A DNA stretch of 39,094 bases from Octopus sinensis (GCF_006345805.1 NW_021835148.1:1-39094), one strand, 5' to 3'. Numbered from the stretch's first letter, positions 24,483-36,589 are shown. A program made the numbers and translations. Notes: generated from the sequence alone by a model not told the origin.

Positions 24483-24978
24483 CGACAATTGTATCAAGGC
24501 TTTCCATTGGACACTTTTCAACATGAATGGACTTGACGTAGCAAAAAATTGGTACCACCAGAACTCGAAAACGATATTACAAAGATCCTGTGGGATTTTA
24601 TTATCCAGTGCGTCTATGAGATACATAATAGAAAACCAGACATAGTCTTAATTTAGAATGAAGCCAAACTATGCTGGATCATAGATATAACATGCCCAGC
24701 TGACAACAAGACATGCAATAAAGAAGAAACAAATGTTGATAGATATGACATGTTAGCTTGGGTAGAAGCAGTACCAAAAATTGTCGGAGACCGAGGAACA
24801 ATGAATAAAAATCTTGATAAGTATATGGAACAAATAGTGGTTGCAATAAGGGTGGAGCACTTCCAGAAAACAGCACCGCTCTCCGGACGGTGCTCGAAAA
24901 ATATGAAATGTTACCTTAGTTCACTGGTAGTGATCAGCAGACACTGTAATACATCTCTTAGAGGCTGTGCAAAGACAA
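24481..24978 (+). mobile_element. R4/Dong LINE 3' fragment (RLE domain, third subfamily)
   Basis: IHW...NWYH, KILWDFIIQC...KPDIVLI...IIDITCPADN remnants; followed by (TAA)n. Confidence 0.8.
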
Positions 24979-25001
24979 TAATATTAATAATATCAATGAT
25001 G

Positions 25002-25075
<74 letters not shown>

Positions 25076-25217
25076 CAGAAGTAGAAGACGAAGAAGAAGA
25101 AGAAGAAGAAGAAGAAGAAGAAGAAGAAGAAGAAGAAGAAGAAGAAGAAGAAGAATGATAAGAAGAATAAGAGGACGCAGAAAAAATGGATTATTATTAT
25201 TATTGTTATTACCATTA

Positions 25218-25267
<50 letters not shown>

Positions 25268-25305
25268 GGTGTTGTTGTTGTTGTTGTTATTATTACTATT
25301 ATCAT
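24979..25305. repeat. Compound microsatellite (TAA)n-(AGA)n-(TTA)n/(TTG)n
   Basis: Direct reading. Confidence 0.95.
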
Positions 25306-25306
25306 T

Positions 25307-25460
25307 ATGTCGAAATACCTTAGGAATTAGAACCCAGGTTCCAAATTCCCCAGAACACCTGATGAAGCCTGGAGCGCATGTCTACCGAAACGTTGTGTTA
25401 ACAAGAAATAAGATGAGGAAATATGTTTGTCGAATGTACATAATATAAATGATGTACATA
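25307..25460 (+). repeat. About 150 bp hammerhead-bearing repeat (right copy; core intact, stem II disrupted)
   Basis: AACAC-CUGAUGA-A-GCCUG-loop-CUACC-GAAA-CG-UU-GUGUU at 25354-25399. Confidence 0.65.
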
Positions 25461-25779
25461 ATTCGTCATCTCTTAAATAGAGAACTGTATGGGGAGAAAT
25501 GGTGTGCATTAGTTCTAAAATATCACCAAAGGCATTTCATGCCACGAAGGTGCAAGGATAACTGAAACAGAAATATTGGTCTCAAGGCAAGGGAAGGTAT
25601 CTTCTTCGTTTCGTAGTGGCACTATGAAACAAACTGACCATAATTACACACATCCGCGCACGCAATCGTACATAAACACACACGCAAACAACCGCAAACT
25701 CTCATGTGATTCATGTATTCATACTTTCATGTGGCGTTCTTTTATATTGACATATTGTTATTTTTGTTGTATTTTACAG

Positions 25780-25794
25780 CCCGCCTCTTACATC
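25780..25794 (+). CDS. Micro-exon (15 nt): PPLT in phase 2
   Basis: Acceptor tttttgttgtattttacag, donor TC|gtaagt. Confidence 0.65.
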
Positions 25795-26842
25795 GTAAGT
25801 CTTCCTTTATTATCTTATGCCTATCAAAATTTCGTGGTGCAAATATTAATAAATCTCAGGGAAGTATTTATTTAGTCGTACTTGGATGTTCTTTTAGTAT
25901 AAATTTTACCGTTACCATGAGAGAAACACGCGTTTTTGTATGCAAAATTCACTCATATTTATACCGCTGTGTGGAGGACATATGTCGGCTCTACTTAAGA
26001 AAAATAGCTAATGGCAACACCAGCGCCTGTCCTGAGACTGTGAATCTATTCAGCGCTGGCATTGAGATGAATCACTGCTGTCTCTTGAGATCGTGTGCCA
26101 TCATTGGCATGATGAAACAAGGTCGAAATCACATGATCTGGTGGTATCAGCACTAGAAGTAGTGATGGATAAATCTTCACTATTCACTGTTTTTAGCGAT
26201 TTGAACCTCCAACGCTTAAGAAATTTAAACACGTGGACGTTTACCAAAAAGCCAGTGAGAGAGTTTCTCTCGGAGCAACTGCTGTAGTAATGCCTGTTCT
26301 AAAAGAACATTATCGTTTAAGAGGAGACAAATATTACCTCTCGATATATATATTGACATGTCGCTAATATAATTTACCAATGAATTACATAGAAAATCCA
26401 GCTACCATTTCAAATGTTCTTTGATTTATATTTAGACATGTTTGTCTTTGAAGGAATACATCATGCGAGGGATATACATATGATGAAATAATTTTGACAA
26501 ATTAATTTTCAATTAATCAGAGATTTTGCGAAAGCACTTTCGCTTAATATAGGAGAGTAACTAGTGCATGTGGATTTTAAATAACATGCATGATGATGAC
26601 TAAATCGGAATACATTCAAACTGTTAGAGAATGACATAGCAAATTTACTTCGAAAAATACTGAAGTTAAGAAGATACAAGTTTATGCTTGTAACATATCA
26701 AAATTTATGTAAGGAGACAATTCAAGGCGCGCAATAAGTTTATTGCAAAGTTACCATTCTTTCAAATATTAATTAACAATTTTACACATACACTACTCTT
26801 CAAAGAATATAATTGATGAAATAAATTCATTTTTTATTACAG

Positions 26843-26881
26843 TATCAAATTAAGATTCGTTCCTTTCGTAAGTGAATTGGT
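26843..26881 (+). CDS. Phase-2 exon (39 nt): IKLRFVPFVSEL
   Basis: Acceptor catttttttattacag, donor GT|gtaagt; only phase 2 open; competing gtaagt at 26868. Confidence 0.65.
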
Positions 26882-27114
26882 GTAAGTAGACTTATAATTA
26901 TTTTCCTACTTCATTTGTAATTGTTTCTATATTCATTACTGAAACAGAACTTGTATTTGCTACAAGTGGAGAACTATATTCTGACACTCATGAACATAAT
27001 TATTGTCGTGTTTTACTTAAAGGATTTTCGTATTACATAAATGGGCAATTGTAAATATAAAACCATTATGTAGATGCATACACAAACATACATATATTGT
27101 TTTCTACACTAGGT

Positions 27115-27510
27115 ACAAGGCCAAAAACGTTTTGTAGGGGGACCAGTGGATTAAATAAATCCAGTACGCAAGTGGTGCTTAATTTATCGACCCTGAAAGG
27201 ATAAAATGCACAGTCCCCGTATTTGAACTCAGAATGTAAAAACAGACGAAATTCTGCTAATCATTTCACCAGGCGTGTTAACGTTTCTTATTTCTTTACA
27301 GTCCACACGATGCTACACAGAGGGGACAAACATGGACAGACAAACGCATTTAGTCGATTGTATCGACCCAGTGCGTAACTTATTTAATCGAACCCGAAAG
27401 GTTGAAAGGCGAAGTCCATCTCGGGGGAATGTGAACTCAGAATGTAAAGACAGACGAAATACCTCTAATCATTTCGCCAGGGGTGTTAACGTTTCTGCCA
27501 CCTCACTGCC
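27115..27510 (-). mobile_element. Two tandem SINE copies (about 27115-27285 and 27290-27510)
   Basis: Both contain atcgac/aaccc.gaaagg...gaactcagaatgtaaa.acagacgaaa...gtgttaacgtttc. Confidence 0.7.
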
Positions 27511-27521
27511 ATAAGCATAGA

Positions 27522-27633
27522 TACGAGGGGTGTGTGAAAAGAGTTGGGCCTTCAAGTCGTCTCCCTTCCTCAGAAGTCTTTTTCCATATTGATTTTTTTC
27601 TTGAGGCTCAAGACTTTTCATACAGCCCTCGCA
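27522..27633. mobile_element. Mariner-derived MITE (about 110 bp)
   Basis: Left TA-CGAGGGGTGTGTGAAAAGAGTTGGGCCT; right end reverse-complements to CGAGGGCTGTATGAAAAGTCTTGAGCCT. Confidence 0.75.
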
Positions 27634-27766
27634 TATTGAAAGAGATGTGTGTGTATGTGTGCTTATGTATTTGTGTACTTGTTTGTGTATATATACACAT
27701 GTGTATGTCTGCATTTGCGTCATTATAGACCCGAGACTCTAAATAAAAGGCATGTGTGTCATCCAG

Positions 27767-27784
27767 ATTAAGATGTGCAACTCG
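27767..27784 (+). CDS. Tentative phase-2 micro-exon (18 nt): LRCAT
   Basis: Acceptor tgtgtcatccag, donor CG|gtatac; both moderate. Confidence 0.25.
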
Positions 27785-27892
27785 GTATACTGAATACTGT
27801 AACTTAACTATTGGATCATAAAATCTATTGAATTATCCTTTTACATATGATCACATAATGATCATATTTGGATATTTCACTTTTTATACATA

Positions 27893-28005
27893 GGCTCAGG
27901 TGTGGCTATGTGTGAAGAAGCTTTCCCCTCTACCACATTTTTCCGGTTTCAGTCCCAATGTGTGGAAACTTAATTGTCTCTCTCCTATAACCTCGAAACT
28001 TCTAA
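27893..28005 (+). mobile_element. tRNA-derived SINE head
   Basis: ggtgtggctatgtg...ccggtttcagtccca, with a B-box-like motif; related to 30792-31150. Confidence 0.5.
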
Positions 28006-28076
28006 AACATTTGGTATAAGAGCGTTAATTCTATATAACGCACAAGAGGTTTTCGCTCTCAAAATTTTCATTTCAG

Positions 28077-28133
28077 GAATGTTTTCACAACGTGGATGGC
28101 AAAAGGCTATTTCTCACCTCCATTAGTAAGCAG
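28077..28133 (+). CDS. Tentative phase-2 exon (57 nt): NVFTTWMAKGYFSPPLVS
   Basis: Strong acceptor aattttcatttcag, donor AG|gttatg; competing gtaagc at 28126. Confidence 0.45.
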
Positions 28134-28462
28134 GTTATGTGTTTCCATCCAGCAAATCTGATGGGCCACCTATATTGCTAAGAGCAAAACAAAACGTGAA
28201 ATTTATGGTAACTTTATGACCGACAATCACCAACGGGAATATATTGCACATAGACACACGCACATACGCACGCACGTAGCACTTGTATATACATATTTGT
28301 ATACATAATATATTTGGGTATTATGTCACTTGTATATGTATTTACAGACATTATATATATGTATACATTTATATTAATGCACACGTATCTGTTGATTAAA
28401 CGATTATTTTGATTGATTAAAATCCTGCTAGAACTACATGGTCATACACATTTTAATTTCAG

Positions 28463-28498
28463 TGATGAGAAATTTATGAAAGAAGTACGTTACGAAAT
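28463..28498 (+). CDS. Phase-2 exon (36 nt): DEKFMKEVRYE
   Basis: Acceptor cattttaatttcag, donor AT|gtaagt; only phase 2 open. Confidence 0.75.
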
Positions 28499-29389
28499 GT
28501 AAGTATCGGGCCTTTAATTCGCATATATTTTCAATCGTTACCTACTACATGATATTGACATGTTTTAGTTACCTATCGATCAAAGCGTTCCAAAAAGAAG
28601 AATATTTCACAAAATCCATATTCCAAAACACCGTCCAAGGAGAGCTTATAGTTCATGATCAATACTCGCCCTTCTAAAATAAAAGTATACACTATTACCT
28701 GCACAATAAGCTTCAGAATATATAACACATTTGTTATCACTCTTCTTCCTCTAAACACATACATAAACACTGAATATATGAAAATAATAATTATGTATGT
28801 CCCATATTTTATATATTTAACTCAGGATTTAGTAGCTCAGATTATAAAAAAAATACCACGTGTATAAAGACTATCAAGATTGGCGACCGCAAAAGAAATA
28901 CCCATATCACAGTGCTTCACTGACTTTACTCTGCTATGGAGATACAATAAGCTTTGCTTTGAACAAAACCCCCTGTTACAAACGATAGTTTCCAACCGCT
29001 TGCTAGTCGTGCCATTCATATATGTGTTACGAAAGTTATTTTTATTTCGCATACATGTATTATCCACATGAATGGTCGTTCAAGTTGTATATGCTTCAAA
29101 AACGCTTAATGCCAAGGACACATTTACACCTATAGTGATGGCCAAACATAGGTGTGAATGCTATATATTGGTGAAAAAATACCGTGAAGAACCTTTGATC
29201 TAATTATTTTTCGTTATTTACATTTTAAGTCTGGTAATTATTCTATCTAACTCAGTTGCTGAAGCGCAACGTTGCGGCGAACAAGGATAATCCAACGCTG
29301 TTCTCAAGCGGTGTGTGTGTGTATGTGTGTGATAGGATAAACACATACACACACAGACATATATACATATATATATATACATATATATG

Positions 29390-29580
29390 TATATGTGTGT
29401 TTGCCTGTGTATGTGTGTCTTTGTGTTTCTCCCTTACCCCTGCTTCACAACTGCTGTTCGTTTATTTACAGCCCCATAACTTACTAATTTCACAAGAAGA
29501 ATCTGACAGAATAAGTACCAGGCTTATCAAAATAAAACAAAATGCACTAGGCAGTGTCTCATATTTTTATTTGCTCACTC
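29390..29580 (+). mobile_element. SINE 3' half, closely similar to 30975-31150
   Basis: Shared gcttcacaactgctgttcgtttattta...gaataagtaccagg.ttatcaaaata...cactaggcagtgtctcatatttt. Confidence 0.65.
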
Positions 29581-29623
29581 ATATATAAATATTACTATAT
29601 ATATGTATAAATATATATGCAGG

Positions 29624-29674
<51 letters not shown>

Positions 29675-29905
29675 ATATATATAATTATATATATATATAC
29701 ACACACACATACTATCTGCTGTGTCATTAAACCCATCCTAAGAAAAATATGTGTTGTGCTATCTTTTTCCCAGACAACTTATAGTTATATAGTAGGTCAA
29801 ATTCGTGGAAATCTTTTGCCTTTCGACTGGTTTCTAATGTTTCAACAATAATCTGTTTGTGCATTATTCAGGAAACATTAATTTCGCAATTTTCTTCCTT
29901 TTCAG

Positions 29906-29932
29906 AAAACACAATAACGCCCACTGGAAGGA
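29906..29932 (+). CDS. Phase-2 micro-exon (27 nt): KHNNAHWK
   Basis: Acceptor ttttcttccttttcag, donor GA|gtaagt. Confidence 0.75.
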
Positions 29933-30583
29933 GTAAGTTCATTTGAATTAATAACTTCCTCTTGTGACTTGGCTCAGAGTTTTTAGATATATTTATATAT
30001 ATAAAACTGAGAATGTGTGTGGGTGTGTGTCTGTCTGCCTGCGTGAATCTTTAAAACTTGACAACTACACAACCAATTTCGTTCAAATTATACACATTGC
30101 TTCCATAGGATCCATGTAGTGCTATGGGCAAAACATTTTAAGTTCTTGCCTAGGGCGAGTCCAGAACAATATCATATCCTCTCCACTATTTCAGTATTAC
30201 GTGTTAAAAGTGAAACAAAAACATCTCTTTATTGTAATGTCAGATGTATTCACTTTAATATTTCCACTTTCATACTGAAATTATTAAATTGAATCTCTTA
30301 TATAAGAGGGATGAACTGTTAATGGACATCCATTTTCCAAGAAGTTGATCAGCTGTGGTCTTAACACTAACAAAGGAATGGGAAGATCATAGTGAATTTT
30401 CTTTTAGCATAAATGGTGTCCGCTTACAGGTCATCCCTCGTATATGTATGCAATATAATTTTTTTTCTGAAACTGCAGACTTTTCCTTATGCTACTCCAC
30501 TGGATTCAAATTGATATTAATCAAAATAGTATTCAATTTTTCAACCTTATTTTGAATTTAAATTTACATGTATATATATATAT

Positions 30584-30625
<42 letters not shown>

Positions 30626-30791
30626 GCATGTATATATTTATAGATGTATATGTATACATGTATATGTATACATGCATGCATATGTATAAATGTATTTCTA
30701 TAGATATAAATGTACATGTCATACGTACACACACATATATATATATACACATATATACATGCATACATATATATATCCATACACACATATA

Positions 30792-31150
30792 TAGGTGCAA
30801 TTGTGGCTGTGTAGTAACAAACCACGTTCAAAAACAGATGGTCTTGGGTTCAGTCCCACTGTGTGGTGACTTGGCATGTGTCCTCTGCTATATAGCCTCA
30901 GACCAGCCAAAGTTTGTCAGTGGACTTTGTAGGCAGAAACTGAAAGAAATCAATCGGAAATATACGTACATATGTAAGTCTATATGTATGTCTTTATGTT
31001 TCTCACTTAACCCAGCTTCACAACTGCTGTTCGTTTATTTAGAACCACATAACTTACTGGTTTCACAAGAAGAAACTGATAGAATAAGTACCAGGTTTAT
31101 CAAAATAAAAAATACACTAGGCAGTGTCTCATATTTTTGTTTGCCCACTC
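30792..31150 (+). mobile_element. tRNA-derived SINE, near full length
   Basis: gtggctgtgt.gtaa...gggttcagtcccactg head (B-box-like), central (TA/TG)n, conserved tail. Confidence 0.7.
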
Positions 31151-31243
31151 AGTTTTATCTATCAATTTATCTATGTGTGCGTGTGTGTTTACACACACAC
31201 ACTCATATATATATATATATAGTACACAAACACCGCATACAAG

Positions 31244-31337
<94 letters not shown>

Positions 31338-33087
31338 ACATGTGTGTATATGTGCACATTCATATCTATTATTTCAAAGTCAATATCTTTATGTGTTCGT
31401 GTGTTACTTATACATTCGAAAACTGCTGCACCGTTCATAATGAAATTTGGAACAAATTAATCCAGGTCTAGGGAGAAGGGTACTGCTGTGTTCTTCATAC
31501 AATTTCATGGACGAAAATTACTGAATGGATCCTGATGATATTTGAAACTTAGATTCAATGCATATGTGCGCGTATAATGTTAGATTCAATGCATAAGTGC
31601 GGTTATAATGTTTGGTTGGAATTTCAGATGGCTTCAATGGGGCATTTAAATTTCTAAATTTTCGATGTTGAAATTTTTACCTTGGCTAATTGACAAACAG
31701 AAAGATGTATTCTCAGTTTCCAATTCACATGATGAATCTAAGACAGCCCCATGGGGGCCTTAACTCCCAACGTTTAGTCATTTCTTTTATGATCCAAAAC
31801 TGGGTCAAAAGTAATGAATGGATATTTAGGAAATTTGGAAATTATATTCTATGCATAAAGGCCATAACCACCACGAAAATTCATATATTTCTGCTGTTCA
31901 CGAAATTTTAACCATACATATAAGTTACAAATGAAGTATCATTTATAAAATTTCATCTTCTTATGAGTTAGAAAGACCCCTTCATGGGGTCGTAATACCC
32001 ACAATTTCATCATTGTATCTAAGCAAAGAAGAATACACTTGTACACTTGGAAGATGTAGGGTCACCCGAGCATAAAGTATGAGCATTGTTTGTACTTCAA
32101 TGGTACAACAGTGTAAGAGTTTGCTTCGACATACACTTAGTTTGTGATTTCTGCATAAATTGTTAAGTAAATCAGAGGCATCTTTGCCTTCACTGATTCA
32201 GTTGCAAAGTGTTGAGTAAAGTTATTTAATTGCAGACTTCCTTTCAATCATTTTTTTATCACTGGGTCATACATAGTCCCCAGATGGTAACATTGATTTC
32301 AAGGCTTTCGCAGATGAGTGACTGGTTCTTCAAAGACCTTTATAGATTGTAAATTTATTCTGTCCAGTTACGTATCAGTATAGGGGTCATTTGCAAGCTC
32401 CGACTTTCATTTCTCCTTAGCACTCATGTCACACAGTTGCTAATGTATATTTTAGTTGAGTCACGCTCTTCCAATTGCTATAGATTCGTAATGCATCTTA
32501 CGGCTGTGCTTGTCATCTGTATCATGAGGAATACTACACTGGGAGTGGTAACGACTAGGGTATTATAGCTGACTGCTTATTGTGATAATTCGTCTTTTGG
32601 TTTCCTGTAGCTTTGCTCTCTTTTATAAACCCAGTGAGCATATATTTCCTATTCCAAAGCAATTCAAACAATAGATATAGGACCCAAGTTAAAAATATTC
32701 TCAACAATTCAACTTCTCTGGTTGACGTTAAGACGACCACACCCAATAGGTTTCTTAACTCTCAGATTTTAAATCTCCATGACCTCCGTTTTTCAGGAGC
32801 AAAATTATTTTAACAGGTTCTTAAAGACTGGAATTTTGGAATATGCGCATAAAAAACCAATAGTATGGGATACATGTGGCATGATTACCTTTTTTTTTCG
32901 GGTGTGTAAATAGGAAAATAGCCCTCATCTGCCATCTTGATGAAATTCAGAACATAGTTCATTACAGTTCATTACAGAAAATATAACACAAAAGTCTTAA
33001 TTCTTCAATTGCAACGCCGGGTAACTCTTCTAGTATACAAACATACATACATACATACATACATATATAAATATATACATATATATA

Positions 33088-33130
<43 letters not shown>

Positions 33131-33219
33131 AATATATATATATTATATAATTTGAGGGAATATTATTCCCAAATTACAGGGGAAGGTTCAATATAGAAAT
33201 ACTAAATCATATTTCACAA

Positions 33220-33261
<42 letters not shown>

Positions 33262-33949
33262 CAGAAATATTAAATTTTAAATGTCTCAAAGAGACATGAG
33301 CGGTGGTGGAGCGATAGAGTGGTTGTATACCGTCAAATTAACGTGACAGTCCCGTATGGGAATTACACACCGCTGTGTAGCCCTAGGAAGCATCGAACGC
33401 TTCCTGTCGGCTTTGACACATTTTTTTCCTTGTGTCCTTATGTTTGTGAAGAGGAGGTAAGCACCCAGAAAAAAACACCTTTTATCAATTCAAAATGAAA
33501 AATTAAATTACACCATCTAGAAAATTACATATAATAGAAATATTAAATATAAAATAAAAATAATATACCTATGATTAAGTAATGTGCAAAATAATAAATA
33601 AAACATATTCATTTGGTAGAATATCGGCACGTGTTTCGTGGCTACATTTAAGAAATGATTATAGCAAAAATATTAGTAGTATTAGTAAAATCACAGCGGT
33701 TTGCAATGCTTCACGACAAAGAGAGAAATATAATTGTTCCTAAAGGAAACTAGGATGTTAGGAAAAATCTACGTTGTCAGAAATAAGAACGAAACTTCTC
33801 TGATGCTGTAGTTAACGCACATAAATGAAAACAAGTGTGTTAACTACATCATTAGAGCCAGTTTATCTCTTTGCTTTAGCAATGTAGGCGCTTCCTAACA
33901 ACCTAATCACATCTAGAGACAATTATATATCCCCTATATGCATAAAAAG

Positions 33950-34900
33950 GGAAAATATGTGCTGATGACACAAAGCTCCAGCAAATCATCAATGAAGAGG
34001 AGGCCCGAACTCGACTCCAGTCTGATCTATATGCTGTGAGTAAATGGGCAGAAAAAAACCAAAATGCAAATAATGAATGAAAATTTGAGCTGAGGCATTT
34101 TGGATGAAAGTCTATTCTAAAACAGCCATAATCTCTTCCTTCAGGGGAAACGCTGACAGCATCAAATAATATCAGAGACCGAGGTGTAACTGTCGATAAC
34201 AGTCTCAGTTGGAGTACCCACATCAACAATAAGGTCGATATAGCTTGTAAGATGAGATCCTGGATCTAAATACATTCCGTTCCAGAGAACAAGGTCTCAT
34301 CATTCCACTTTCTCCTCATTTATACGGCCACTCCTCGAATACTGCTGCTCCTTGTGGTCTCCCCATACAAAACAAAACATCTCGAAAATTGAATCACCCC
34401 AGAGGTTACTCACTAGGCGAATTGAAGGCATGACTTTTCCCCAGTACTGGGACCGCCTTAAAGCCTTGAAACTCTACCCTCTCCAGCGCGGCCGCGAGCG
34501 GTTATTGCATTTGTACATCATTTTGTGGAAAAGATACCGTCAGCATTTTCCAAACGACCTGAACATTAATTCCAAGGTTCATCCAAGGTTGGGACCAATT
34601 CAGGATCACAACATATAGGTACACTGTGACAAAATCTCCCAACAGACCCTGCCCTGTTTAACATTGTCCCAAAACTGTTCAAAGAGGAAAAAGATCCCAT
34701 CACCTTTAAACGGAGTCTGGACAGATTTCCTCAATCCACCCATACCTGGATTCAACTCAATCAACAACATCTCACTGCTTGAATGGACCATAATACCCAA
34801 AACGTGACTTAAAAAGGATTTACATCATCCTATCAGGTGCAGCTATTAAGTTAGACATGGCCTGGACCAAATTTTGGTCGAAACATATCTAAGTTTTATC
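33950..34900 (+). mobile_element. 5'-truncated CR1-type LINE (RT C-terminal part)
   Basis: ICADDTKL...LQSDLYAVSKWA, IRPLLEYCCSLWSPHTKQNISKIESPQR...YWDRLKALKLYPLQR; several stops and frameshifts. Confidence 0.88.
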
Positions 34901-34927
34901 TAAGTTATATATATATATATATATATA

Positions 34928-34957
<30 letters not shown>

Positions 34958-34960
<3 letters not shown>

Positions 34961-35159
34961 GAGCCGTTGAAGAAAAGATCCTGAGTTCACCGAAAATTTT
35001 CTTCATAAAGTATTTCCCTTTCAGATTCAAATTTGCACGCTTATTGCAATATTCCTTGAGTTTTTCTAAGTCCTGCAAAAGAATTATGAAATTTGGTTCT
35101 CCTGCCAGGCCTTTTGCAATACCTCTAAAGCCAGAAAGATTTTAGCATCCCCTTGTGTA
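34958..35159. mobile_element. Mariner-derived MITE (about 200 bp)
   Basis: TA-CGAGCCGTTGAAGAAAAGATCCTG left end; imperfect inverted right end GATTTTAGCATCCCCTTGTG-TA. Confidence 0.55.
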
Positions 35160-35642
35160 CGCATACATGCAGACATATTTACAGGCATGCATATACACAC
35201 AAACACATAGGCATGCACACATACATTTAACTCTTTTATGATCTCTGCAATTTTTCTTCTTCTATTTCGTATGTAAAACAAAAGATATAACTTTTTAAAT
35301 TGAAATGTTTACCATTTGTCATATATTCTATTGTGAAATGAGGTGTAATAGTAACTCCTTCTTTGATTTTTGCCATGCCGTTACAACAAAATTTTCCTTA
35401 CAATAATTTATTTCTATTCACTTCGATTAGATTCATAAATGAAATATAATTCCATAAAATATCATGTGTAATCATATTTATTTGAATATTTTCTTGTAAC
35501 AATTTCGAAACGAAGCTAAATTGTATATTTTGACAATTAGAAATCTCTGTAAACTAGGAAAATTTGTGCATTCGTGTCAATATTTTACCTCATTGCGAGC
35601 AATGAATATAACTTCATGCTATTTTAAAATATACTGTTTTAG

Positions 35643-35696
35643 TCGAGAGATAGACCCCGACGACATCGCTAGTGTTCTCTTCCAAGATGTGCGTTT
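35643..35696 (+). CDS. Phase-2 exon (54 nt): REIDPDDIASVLFQDVR
   Basis: Acceptor atactgtttttag, donor TT|gtaagt; only phase 2 open. Confidence 0.78.
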
Positions 35697-36168
35697 GTAA
35701 GTATCTATATTTTATTGTAACCTAATGAATGAATGATAACGGCTTCATTAGGAACAAAAGTTGAAAAGTACCAAATACGATTCTGTTAATAACCAATCAA
35801 CGTCAGGGTCATGCACGCACCATTCATGCGTTAACATCATTCGCTATGTATATTCGACCTGTGTTCACCAAAATACGGCCACTTTCATTTTGTTTCTTTA
35901 TAACTAGATCTCTTCTAAAAACCTACTGAAATATATTGATACAACAATTTTAATGGAGTTAATTGTATCTTTATACTGAGGTTGTATAGCTGTTCTATTA
36001 ACTTTGTACCAATTTTCCCCTTCCCTCTTAAAGTGATTGTAACATCTCTGCATATCTTGCGTTAAACCCCATTGTTACACTCTGAGATCTAGAGTGATAA
36101 ATGTCAAGAACAAAAATTTATTCTACCATAGTCCCGAAATGTATTCTGATAAAATATGTAGTGGCTAG

Positions 36169-36189
36169 TCGACTGATTGAACCAAGTTT
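36169..36189 (+). CDS. Tentative phase-2 micro-exon (21 nt): RLIEPS
   Basis: Donor TT|gtaagt is strong; acceptor gtggctag is weak. The better acceptor at 36131 gives a stop in phase 2. Confidence 0.35.
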
Positions 36190-36496
36190 GTAAGTGGTCA
36201 ATTTTATTGATTTGGCAGGATCATGCGCTTTTTAAATTACAACGTATAGCCTGAGGAATAGCCGAAAAGCACTAAAGGTCCTACTAACTCACCACGTAGG
36301 GCCGAAAACATGTTATATTGTAAATAATGGTACCGCCAGGTCAGCATTTGGCGAAATAACATATCGAAATCCTTCGCTGATTCGAAAATAATAGCAAATT
36401 AATAAATATGGAAAGCATAAAATTTGTATAGTTATTATAGTATACACTTATTATTGCGAGAAAAATTATGTTTAATAAGTTTCTTTCTCATTCAAG

Positions 36497-36589
36497 CTTA
36501 AAGGGCTTCCAGTTTCTGGTCAACGACTTTGAAAAGTATATCTTCAAATGCCTGGATGAAACACACAGAATGATATTTGTAGAAAACCA
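36497..36589 (+). CDS. Phase-2 exon (93 nt): LKGFQFLVNDFEKYIFKCLDETHRMIFVEN
   Basis: Acceptor tttctttctcattcaag, donor CA|gtgagt; only phase 2 open. Confidence 0.8.

Noticed and set aside
24750-25448. 232 aa ORF with poly-I/R/L
   Set aside because: Read-through of a LINE fragment into trinucleotide repeats.
25713-26156. 147 aa + strand ORF
   Set aside because: No motif; it runs through the strong splice sites of the 15 nt exon in another frame and is probably incidental.
27113-27133. 21 nt phase-2 exon candidate (YKAKNV)
   Set aside because: Inside a SINE end; weak donor.
30568-31440. 290 aa ORF and similar Y/I-rich ORFs (for example 118-345, 3138-3587, 6410-6723)
   Set aside because: Translations of (TA)n/(TG)n microsatellites.
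31532-31560. CTGATGA-tattt-GAAA motif
   Set aside because: No stems II or III.
33600-33660. Possible very degenerate hammerhead remnant (GAAACACGTG on the minus strand) in a pLTR-like repeat
   Set aside because: Core is unrecognisable; cannot be supported.
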